NCBI GenBank assembly: GCA_965203135.1
Contig: CBDBBO010000001.1
Span: 1,780,983 to 1,844,982 of the forward strand
Direction of reading: 5' to 3'
From: Dehalococcoidia bacterium
Lineage (GTDB): Bacteria > Chloroflexota > Dehalococcoidia > Lucifugimonadales > CATOSD01
DNA length: 64,000 nt
A model generated the notes under the pieces. The model saw only the letters and a list, made by a program, of their open reading frames with translations, was not told the origin of the DNA and did no database searches. The position numbers and the translations under genes are program-made. Below, in pieces: positions 51,389 through 60,110 of the stretch. The stretch's first letter is position 1. Each line of letters starts with the position of its first letter.

Positions 51389-52453
51389 TCAGCGTCCTCG
51401 CGACCATGGGCGCCTCCGCGCGCTCGCCAAATGCCTCGTCACCAACACCAGGCCGCCGACGATGAGGACGCTGAGGTAGGTGATCGAGCGGTCGACGAGG
51501 GCGATGGAGACGGCCTCGTGTCGGGCGAGGCTGAGCGCGAGCAGACCGGTCACGCCGGGCTCGACGGCCCCCACTCCTCCCGGTGTCGGCACGGTGCTCA
51601 GCAGCGCGTGGGCCAGCGCCACGATGGCCAGCATGGGCAGCCCGACCTCCGCGCCTAGCGCCTGCACGACGAAGCCGAGCCGCGCGATTTCCATGAGCCA
51701 GCCCAGCAGGCCCAGCGTGAACAGCGTGGGCAGTTGCTTGAAGCTGCCGAACGCCCCGCTCCGGAAGCTCAGGAAGGCCGCCTCGAGCCGCTGGGGCAGC
51801 AGCCGCGCCAGCCGAGCGCCGAACGCCTTGATGGCGATGACCAGCGCGGCGAGCGCGACGGTCATCAGCGCGGCCATCGCGGCGGCCCTGAACACCAGGC
51901 TCCTCGCGTCCGGCGTGTCAGCGGTCAACGCCAGCGCCAGCACGCTCACGGCGACGATGGCGGCGACTGTGGCCATGTCCATCACGCGCTCGGCCAACAC
52001 CGTGCCCAGGCTCCACGAGAAGCCGGCACGCGACTCCTGGGAGAACAGGTAGGCGCGGTAGGCGTCGCCGAGCCTGAGCCACGCGATGGAGTTGACGAAC
52101 CAGCCGGCCACGATGAGCGAGGCGCACCGGACCGCCGAGGGCAGCCGCGTGTCCGGGCCGTCCTCCAGTCCCGCGTTCTTTGCGAGAAGCCGCCAGCGCA
52201 GTCCGCGGAACGCGAAGCTGACGTAGTACAGCACCAGGGCCAGCGCGTACAGCCGCGGGTCCATGGAGCGCAGGTTCTCCAGGGTCGCGCCCCAGTCGAG
52301 ATCGAAGCGCGTCGACAGAAAGACGACGAAAGCCGCGGCCACCGCGAAGGACAGCAGCGTCGGCAGCGAGAGGACTCGCCGCCGCAGCGACATGGCGGGC
52401 GCGGAGTCCTGGCTAGGGCCGGTCTCTCCGCTTCCGAGGTTCGGTTCGCTCAC
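51389..52453 (-). CDS. Lysylphosphatidylglycerol synthase TM / flippase-like (UPF0104) protein
   Basis: RGLRW, LGDAYR, ERVMD, TPGGVGAVE. Confidence 0.88.
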   Translation of the reverse strand: MSEPNLGSGETGPSQDSAPAMSLRRRVLSLPTLLSFAVAAAFVVFLSTRFDLDWGATLENLRSMDPRLYALALVLYYVSFAFRGLRWRLLAKNAGLEDGPDTRLPSAVRCASLIVAGWFVNSIAWLRLGDAYRAYLFSQESRAGFSWSLGTVLAERVMDMATVAAIVAVSVLALALTADTPDARSLVFRAAAMAALMTVALAALVIAIKAFGARLARLLPQRLEAAFLSFRSGAFGSFKQLPTLFTLGLLGWLMEIARLGFVVQALGAEVGLPMLAIVALAHALLSTVPTPGGVGAVEPGVTGLLALSLARHEAVSIALVDRSITYLSVLIVGGLVLVTRHLASARRRPWSRGR

Positions 52454-53229
52454 AGCGGGCGCTTGCCCGGTATGCCGGGCCTACGGGGGTAGCGGTCCGG
52501 GGTGGGGGCCACCTTGTCCAGCACGACCAGGGCGCGGGGACGGTCCAGTCCGGGCACGTCGACGCTCCTGACCTCGCGGATGGCGCCGCCGAGGGTGCGG
52601 ACGGCGGTCTCGGCGGCGGCGGCCTCGGCGTCGGCGTCCGCTCCCTTGGATGCGACGACCACGCCCCCGACCCGGCAGAGCGGCAGGGTGAGCTCGGCGA
52701 GCGCGTTCAGCCTGGCGACGCCGCGCGCGGTCACGACGTCGAACGCCTCGCGCGCCAGCGGGTCGCGGCCCAGCGTCTCGGCGCGGCAGGCCAGCACCTC
52801 AACTCCGTCCAGGCCCAGTGACTCTCCCAGCCCGCGCAGGAAGTCGGCCTTCTTGCGGGTGGCCTCCACGAGGGTAACGCGAAGGGACGGTTCGGCTATC
52901 AGCAGCGCGATGCCCGGCAGGCCCGCGCCGCTGCCCACGTCGGCCAGGCGGCCCGACCGCAGCAGCGCGGGCGGGATGGCCGCCAGCACGCTGAGCGAGT
53001 CGAGATAGTGTACGGCCTGCGCTCGTTCCCAGTCGGCTACGGAGGTGAGGTTGGCGCGGCGGTTCCCGCGCTCCAGCTCCCGGTGGTAGCGCCGGAAGGT
53101 GTCGAGCTGCGCCGGCGTGAGCGGGACGCCGAGCCGTTCCGCGCCCTCGCGCAGCGCCGTCGCGTCCTTCGTTTCAGTCGGCGTTTCATTCGGCGGGGGC
53201 GCGGCGGCGCGCCGTGAGTGTTCGATCAT
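52450..53229 (-). CDS. rsmG: 16S rRNA m7G527 methyltransferase
   Basis: NLTS, HYLDSL, DVGSGAGLPG, RAE, YPRRPGIP; start uncertain. Confidence 0.93.
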   Translation of the reverse strand: MIEHSRRAAAPPPNETPTETKDATALREGAERLGVPLTPAQLDTFRRYHRELERGNRRANLTSVADWERAQAVHYLDSLSVLAAIPPALLRSGRLADVGSGAGLPGIALLIAEPSLRVTLVEATRKKADFLRGLGESLGLDGVEVLACRAETLGRDPLAREAFDVVTARGVARLNALAELTLPLCRVGGVVVASKGADADAEAAAAETAVRTLGGAIREVRSVDVPGLDRPRALVVLDKVAPTPDRYPRRPGIPGKRPL

Positions 53230-53252
53230 TCGGTGCGGATGGCCGGCGGCGC

Positions 53253-53810
53253 TCAGCCCTGGCGGGCGTACTCTGTCGCCAGCATCCCCATCACCACCGA
53301 GTCGAACCGCGAACCCTCGTGCGGGCGGCTCTTTCGCAGCGTTCCCTCGTGTACGAACCCGAGGTGGCGGAACAGCGTGAGTGCGGCTGCGTTGTACTCC
53401 GGAATGTCCGCCCAGACGCGGTACAGCCCGTAATCGTCGAACGCCTTCTCCAGCGCGGCGCGCATGGCCGTGGTGCCGAAGCCGTGATGCCACATGTCCT
53501 TGCGTCCGATGAGTATCGATATCTGCCCGTCGCCCAGCGATTCCTCGATGGCCAGATGAATCTCGCCAATGTGCTCGTCGTTCTCGCTGTAGATGGACAG
53601 GATGCGATGCTCGGGGTCGTCGAAGATTCGCCGCCACTCCTCATCGGAGACGTCCAGCACCTCGTTCGGATGGTATCCCAGGTGCGCGGGGTCGCCGTAG
53701 GAGTAGCGTCCGAACCAGCTCTCCGCCACCTCGTCGTCGTCCAGCCAGGTGCGTATGCGGGACACGTCCTCCCGGGTCACGTCCCTCAGCGTAACGTGAT
53801 GTTGTTCCAT
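53253..53810 (-). CDS. GNAT acetyltransferase (RimJ/RimL-like)
   Basis: WHHGFGT, EYNAAA, LGFVHEGTLR. Confidence 0.9.
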   Translation of the reverse strand: MEQHHVTLRDVTREDVSRIRTWLDDDEVAESWFGRYSYGDPAHLGYHPNEVLDVSDEEWRRIFDDPEHRILSIYSENDEHIGEIHLAIEESLGDGQISILIGRKDMWHHGFGTTAMRAALEKAFDDYGLYRVWADIPEYNAAALTLFRHLGFVHEGTLRKSRPHEGSRFDSVVMGMLATEYARQG

Positions 53811-53864
53811 TGGTTACCTCCTGGGTGTACAGCCGCGACACCCGCGTCCCCTGTCCTACCCGTT

Positions 53865-55163
53865 CTAGCCGGCGGCCGCTCCGGCGCCGGCCCTATCGGG
53901 CAGCCTCAGCATTACGGTCAACACGATCGTTCCGACCAACACGAGGGCGCCGCCGTATACGAACGTCGCCTGGACGCCGTAGTTGTCCCACATCAGGCCG
54001 GCTATCACAGGCGAGAGGGTGCCGATGAAGCTCGCGCCGTAGATGAGCGACACTATCGTCGACTGGACCGCGCCCTCCGCGGCCTCTATGGCCGCCGCGA
54101 TGAATATGGCGTGCAGCGCGTACAGCACCGTTCCCATCACCATGATGGTAACGACAAGCCAGCTTATCTGCCAGAAGAACGGCTCGGGGTCGGCGAACCC
54201 GAGCGTCATGGCCAGCAGGCTCATCAGGAGCATCGACGGCACCAGCACCGGCTTGTAGCCGAACTTGTCGGCCAGATAGCCCATCACCGGCTGGGCCACG
54301 ATGCCCACGACCTGGGCGAGAGACAGGTAAATCGCCACCTTGCTCGCCGAGAAACCCAACCCTCCCTGCTCAACACTTTCCCGGAGATAAACGGGAAGAA
54401 AGATCATCACCGAGCTCTGGCCCACGCTGCGGAGCGCCGTTACGATGACCAGCACGTAGAGCGCCTTGCGCTTGAGGAGCGACAGCAGCGAGGAGAAGTA
54501 CTCCCGCACGGACGAGACGGCCTGCATCTCGCCGCCGGGCACGTTGCGCATGAACAGCCAGATGGCGACGGCGCAAACCAGCGCGGGGAAGAGGCTGTAT
54601 ACCAGCACGGAGTCCCAGCTCATCGCCAGCCAGCCGAGGAGCACGACGCCCGCCAGCAGCGGACCGGCCACCTCGCCCACGCTGCCGCCGGTGCCATGCA
54701 GCGATATGGCGAAGCCGCGGCGGTCGGGGAAGCGGCGGGACAGCGCGCCGATGGCGGGCGGGTGGTACAGCGACGGCCCTACGCCGACCAGCAGCATGAT
54801 GGCGAGGACGGCGATGAAGATCAGGTTCTCGGAGACGACGCTGTCGGCTATGCCCAGCAGGTAGTAGGACACTCCCATCATCAGGAGCGATATGCCGAGC
54901 ATGAGCGAGGCGCGGTCGGCGAACCGGTCGCCGAGAAATCCGGCGAAGACGGTGGTGACCCAGCTCGTCGCCTGGCGGGAGAACGCCAGCGTGCCGAGCT
55001 GGGTGCCGCTGAGGCCGAGCCCTATCTTGATTTCCGGGAACAGTATGGACTGTAGCGCTGAGTTGTAAACGTGCTTGACGGCGTGGCCCACGACGACCGT
55101 TGCCGCCAACTGGTTGCGCCCGCGCCTGAGCTGGGGCGACACCTCTACGGCTTCTGTTGACAA
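53865..55163 (-). CDS. MFS transporter (Fsr-like)
   Basis: About 12 TM, GFLGDRF / GYLADKFG motifs, YHPP; TTG start after GAGGGAG. Confidence 0.9.
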   Translation of the reverse strand: MSTEAVEVSPQLRRGRNQLAATVVVGHAVKHVYNSALQSILFPEIKIGLGLSGTQLGTLAFSRQATSWVTTVFAGFLGDRFADRASLMLGISLLMMGVSYYLLGIADSVVSENLIFIAVLAIMLLVGVGPSLYHPPAIGALSRRFPDRRGFAISLHGTGGSVGEVAGPLLAGVVLLGWLAMSWDSVLVYSLFPALVCAVAIWLFMRNVPGGEMQAVSSVREYFSSLLSLLKRKALYVLVIVTALRSVGQSSVMIFLPVYLRESVEQGGLGFSASKVAIYLSLAQVVGIVAQPVMGYLADKFGYKPVLVPSMLLMSLLAMTLGFADPEPFFWQISWLVVTIMVMGTVLYALHAIFIAAAIEAAEGAVQSTIVSLIYGASFIGTLSPVIAGLMWDNYGVQATFVYGGALVLVGTIVLTVMLRLPDRAGAGAAAG

Positions 55164-55233
55164 GTCGGCTCCCTCGATTCCGGTTGGATGCACGCGCAAT
55201 TATAGCACGTAGGCGAGCCAGGCTTGGGGGGGC

Positions 55234-55527
55234 GTTTCTTGTTCGATTCTGTTGCATTCTGTTGGATTCGTAGCTGGGCGTGTCGTTGGTCCTGCTCGAT
55301 TCTGTAGTGCCGGAGTGGGCAATTCAGGACATAGGCGTCGCGCCGCGCGGCAGAATGGGATAGGGGCAGGAGTTCACCCCCATCCTAGCCCATTCGGCAG
55401 GCTCAGGGCAGGCTCTTCCCCCGTCAAGGGGGAAGGGACATTGGGAAGGCCCGGGTCGGTCCCGCGGGCGGGTTTGAAACCCGCCCCTACCGTGTGCGAT
55501 GATAGCACGTATGTGCGTATACTTCAA
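55234..55527 (-). repeat. Dispersed promoter/operator + CCAGCTACG module, copy 4 (interrupted by REPs)
   Basis: TTGAAG-N17-TATCAT with CGCAC-ATAC-GTGCT box; CCAGCTACG at 55277-55269, then GAATCCAAC AGAATGCAAC AGAATCGAAC. Confidence 0.7.
55375..55490. repeat. REP-like composite repeat
   Basis: CACCCCCATCCTAGCC...CTTCCCCCGTCAAGGGGGAAGGGAC plus GGGCGGGTTTGAAACCCGCCCCTAC; same parts as 8119 and 28283. Confidence 0.75.
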
Positions 55528-55998
55528 GAGCGGTGGCGAGATTGGGGGATCAGGGCGAAATTGTGGGAAGAAATTGCGCACGAATGGGGATGGGGCGGGG
55601 CGTGCGTGGGGCGTGCGTGGGGCAGGGCTGGGGAACGGATGGCGCGGGAAAGTGACGGAATTTTCGGGTGCGCGGGGGGCGGATGGGGTCGGGCGTGGGC
55701 GACGCGGCAGACCGACCACGAGGCTAATAGTCATACAAAGTGGCAGTCACTTGGCTTAAGGGTTATACGGACGTTACCCAAATGTTGTTGCCCAGGTGGT
55801 ACAGTAGGCTGTGGTTTCGCCGAAGTGACCTGGCCCAGGTACTCGTATGACTACGCGGTGGCTGGCTCAGCGTTGATGTTCCTGCCACAGTGGCTTCCGT
55901 TCAGTGTGACACTGGCCTTAAGGGCCGGAAAGAGGTCAAACTAGAACAAGCTGTGAGGGAGTCGGGATTGTAGCTGGAGTGCCTGGAAGGGAAGGATC

Positions 55999-56442
55999 AT
56001 GTCGAGGCTAGGGCAAACTGCTCTCCGTTTAGGAATACTAATCGGACTGGGTAGTTTCACAGGTGTGTTGTCGGCGATTGCTGTGTCCGTGGCTCTTACT
56101 GATGTGGACTTTACTCGCTCCGTAGCCAGTGTCGCTGGCCATAATCTCGATGGGTACAACGCGATATGGATGGGTGTGGGCTCGGCGACATGGATTGTGA
56201 CAGTGGTGATCGCATCGCTGCCGAGGGAGGAGAACCGTAGACACGCTGTCTGCTTTGGAGCGGCTACTCTGGCGGCCATACTGTACGCGCTCTCAGGGAT
56301 TGTGTGGATAGTGTTTTTCCCCCCGCATCCCGATTGGATTTTCCCGCCCCATTTGTTCGCCGGCTTCTTGCTGTTGACAGGCATTCCGATGACGTGGGGG
56401 GGAGCGGTTCTGGCAGTGAGGAAATGGAGAGGCCTGGAATAG
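55999..56442 (+). CDS. Small 4-TM membrane protein (candidate orphan immunity/partner)
   Basis: AAGGA RBS, four hydrophobic segments, lower GC, at the head of the cassette array. Confidence 0.7.
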   Translation: MSRLGQTALRLGILIGLGSFTGVLSAIAVSVALTDVDFTRSVASVAGHNLDGYNAIWMGVGSATWIVTVVIASLPREENRRHAVCFGAATLAAILYALSGIVWIVFFPPHPDWIFPPHLFAGFLLLTGIPMTWGGAVLAVRKWRGLE

Positions 56443-56451
56443 GTTTGTGGA

Positions 56452-59396
56452 GTGAGTCTATCAGGCTGCGCGACGATGCGCTCGGTTGCGGGCCTGTCGT
56501 GCGGGACGACGTACCGGTTCCGGGTGAGGGTGCGTGGAGACGGCGACCCCTATGCGAACGGCAACTGCCGCGCGGCGCCGCTCCCACCTCGACCACTCGG
56601 ACCTTCACGGGTTCTCGCGACTTCACGTTCACCGGGTGCGCTTACGGGACCCACACCTTCAGGCTGCTCACGTCGGGAGGGGCGCAACTGGCGAGCGTCG
56701 TGATACGGGTAGAGCGTCCCACGCCCACCCCCACTCCCCCGCCGCCGCCCACGCATCCCAACCTGTCGATGTCCTTCACGTCGTCCCCTTCGTCCATCGT
56801 CGCGGGCCGGTCGCACGACTTCGGCGTGGTAGTCTCGGGCACGACCCCCGGCCGCCGCTACCGGATCATCGTCTACGCCGTCCCGCGCATATCCGCCGCA
56901 GGGTTCGACGCGACATGCTCTCGCAGCTACAAGCTCACACCCGAGTTCGGAGGCTCGGCATCCCAGGTGTCCAGGTCGTTCACGCTGTACGGGTGCGCCG
57001 AGGCGCAGAACATCACCCTGGAGGCCCAGTTGCTGGAGCGCGCGCTCGACAGCCGCCGGCTCTCCGACATCAAGACCATCACGGCCAGCCTGTCGGTGAC
57101 CGCGCCGCCGCCGAACCGCCCGCCGGAGTTCTCGAAGGCTACCTACAGCTTCGGCGTGTCGGGCAGCGCGCCGGTGGGCGCGAGCGTCGGCTCAGTCTCG
57201 GCGACAGACCCGGACGCCGACGGCGTTTCCTATTCCATCACCGGGGGCGATAGCGCGGGAGTGTTCGCCATGGGCGCGTCCGACGGCGCGATCACGCTCG
57301 CCAAGAAGCTAAGCGCGGGGACGGCCTCCTACAGCCTGGCGGTCCGGGCCGCCGACGGCAGGGGCGGCGCGGACACGGCGAGCGTGAGCGTGGACGTGGC
57401 GTTGCCGCCCACGATCCGGGCGGACGCCCTTAGGCCGTTCGTGGGGCAGGAGGTGACGTTCAGGGCGACGCCCGCGGCGGGTAGCGGCCCGGCTGTGCTG
57501 CACTGGTGGCAGGAGTGGCGGGGCGGCAGGTGGGTGGACCTTGGGTCCGCGACCACCTGGGACGTGCACCGGGTGACGTCCAGCGTGTCCGGGTTCAGGA
57601 CGTTCAGGGTGAAGGTCTCCTACCTGTCGAGGATCAAGGCGGAGTCAGCGCCCATCACCGTGGAGTGGCGGCCGGTGGTGGTCGGGGTCACGTCGTCGCC
57701 CGCCTATCCGCGGGCCGGGGACGCCGCGACGAGCACTGTCACGCTGACCGCCGGGGGCGACGTGCCGTCGGGGGCCATGTACCAGTGGCAGGAGTGGGCC
57801 GGCAACCGGTGGGCGAACCTGGGGGCCACGACGACCACGCCGACGAAGGATGTGTGGTCGGCTGTGCGGGGCACGAAGAAGTACAGGGTGGTGGTGAGCC
57901 ACGCGACGGCGTCGACAGCGGTGTCGGAGGCTGTGTACGTGACCTGGGACGAGTGGGCGATCGTGGCGGACATGATACGCGATCTGTCGGTGGCGGTGGC
58001 GTCGTCGACGGCGTACACCAGGGCCCAGACCGCGCTGGTGAGCTGCATGAACGGTGGCGGTGGAATCCAGGGGCAGGCGCCGACTACGCCGCCCGCCGTG
58101 ACGTTCGCCAGCTTCGACGACATCCTGGGGCGCTACACGGGGGACGTGAAGACGAAGATGGATGCGGGCGGCGATTGCGCCCCCCAGTCCAGCACCATGT
58201 TCAGCACGAACCAACGCGCGACGCGCTCGGAGCTTGGGAAACTGAAGGCGGGCAACGCGGAGTACGCGGCATGGTTGGCAACACGCCGAGGGCAGCTCTT
58301 CGAGGCGAACCTCGGCGACCCCGACGAGATCAAGTTGGTGTCGTATCTGGGAGCCACCACGTTCGAGCCGGGCGAGTTTACGAGGCCGCTGTACTCCGCC
58401 GCCAGTGGCGAAGGGGGAGCGTCCGGGCAGGATGCTCCAGAGCCAACTGAACTGCCAGTGCTTGGGACTGGCCTCGACTGTCTGCCTGCGAACGTGAACG
58501 GCGAGGACTTGTCGCTGAGCAACAAGCTCGTGGTGCTCAACTGCCTTGTGTTCTCGACACCGCACGATTTCTGGGTAGGTAGCCCAGACGGGACCGGTGA
58601 TGTAGAGAGTTTGAGAACAGGCTCTCAGGTCGACAGATGGGCCTGGCTCGCGTTCGGTGATTGGGAATGTACAAGCTTCTTACAAGGGCCCGTGCCGTCA
58701 TGTCTAAAGCACGACGTGGCTTGGGGCAGTCTCAAGAAATTCGTGAAGAACTCGGACGATGATGACTTGCTGCCGGAGGATGACGATACACTGGACAAAG
58801 CCTGGAACCCACGGAACAAGGCTCTCGCCGACGCCAAGTTCAAGTCAGATATTGCTAAACATGGCTGCCAAAACTCCGACTTCCGGGCACGTATATCGGT
58901 TTGCCCACCTGTCAATCTGTTAGGTATAGCGACGAACCATTCGTTGTCGGAGCTATACTTCTTCGGGGTAGCTAACATTAACGCCAAGAGTTGGGTCTAC
59001 ACCGACTATGACTCAGAGCACAGCGACCGCAATCCCCGGTTGGCCGTGTACGAGATTCCAAGTGTGTCCGACGTACGAGTGTCAAGGTTACGGTCGCACC
59101 AGTCCGATGCTACGACTTATCGAGTGAGTTGGGCGTACAACCCTGGATCCGTGCGGACGGCTACTGTGTCCTCTTATAGGCTATGCTGGGAGACCGCTAA
59201 AGGCCGCGAAATATGTCGTCATGCGAAAAACGGCAATGCCCTGAGCTATGATCTGGTCGTGCCTGTTGATCTGATAGTGCCTGTAGAGATTGTGGCACTC
59301 AAATCGATCGCGATCGCTCCCAACCGTTGGCGATTCGTGGGTCTCGGGGGCGTCCACTATCCTCCGCAGCAATTTGACCTGAGATATGGAGAGTGA
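56452..59396 (+). CDS. Cassette P1: cadherin + repeated WQEW beta-domains + phospholipase A2-like C-terminal domain; 5' end degraded
   Basis: FN3 remnant (GLSCGTTYRFRV) is out of frame with the main ORF; no signal peptide; SCLKHDVAW...NKALADAKFKSD. Start uncertain. Confidence 0.75.
57162..58000 (+). repeat. Conserved stalk repeat, copies at about 60727-61282 and 63287-64000
   Basis: Near-identical DNA at offsets 3282 (from 57445) and 6125 (from 57162). Confidence 0.95.
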
Positions 59397-59399
59397 GCC

Positions 59400-60065
59400 T
59401 TGGTTGTTGTCTTCATAATCGTTGTCATTGTGTTGTTCTGGATGGGCATAGCGATGTGCTCTCGGCACTGGGCAGACATCATTCTCGCCCTCGGCTTTAG
59501 CTCCGCATTTGTGGCCGTTTTGGCGTTTCTGATCTTGGGGACGCCCCTGGTTGAACTCGTAAACGACAACCCCACCTGCACCAAACTGCTTTGTGGAGAG
59601 AATGTGCAAAGTTTCGTTGTGTTGTCCCCCATCCTGGTGACAGTCCTTTTCTTGCCTTTGCTGTTTCTTGTCGCCCGCAAGAGAGGGATCGATGCTTCGG
59701 CTGTGAGTCCAATAGCTGTTTACGTGGCTGGCTACGCACTGTGGATGACTGTGACTTTTGGCTACATCGCTTATTTGGTCTACTCGGCCATGGACTATCA
59801 TCTGTACCGCGTCGAGCGTGGGGCGGAGGGAACAGAGGGTGTCATTACAATGTGGTTTGTGATGATTGCCCTGAGTTCGTATACATGGGCAGCGTCATCG
59901 TTGGGATTGCGCCGTGCTTACGCTCAGTATAGAGCAGAGCAGGAAGAGCTTCCCCGGTATATTCCAGAGGCCAGCGTGTTCATGCATCCGTTGGCATGGC
60001 CCTTCGTGTGGATTGTGGTCTTTCCGATTGTTTGGGTTATCACCTACGTGATTGTTTCGCCTTAG
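59400..60065 (+). CDS. Multi-TM membrane protein (candidate immunity for P1)
   Basis: Starts 3 nt after the P1 stop; 5-6 TM; VARKRG loop. Confidence 0.7.
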   Translation: MVVVFIIVVIVLFWMGIAMCSRHWADIILALGFSSAFVAVLAFLILGTPLVELVNDNPTCTKLLCGENVQSFVVLSPILVTVLFLPLLFLVARKRGIDASAVSPIAVYVAGYALWMTVTFGYIAYLVYSAMDYHLYRVERGAEGTEGVITMWFVMIALSSYTWAASSLGLRRAYAQYRAEQEELPRYIPEASVFMHPLAWPFVWIVVFPIVWVITYVIVSP

Positions 60066-60110
60066 ACCCGACCTTGGAGAAGTGCGAGCAGGACATTTGG
60101 CGGCGCGACG

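Noticed and set aside
56304-56451. ORF-track start of the 1030-aa protein
   Set aside because: Overlaps the 55999-56442 membrane gene in another frame and reads as non-protein-like; the real coding signal begins later
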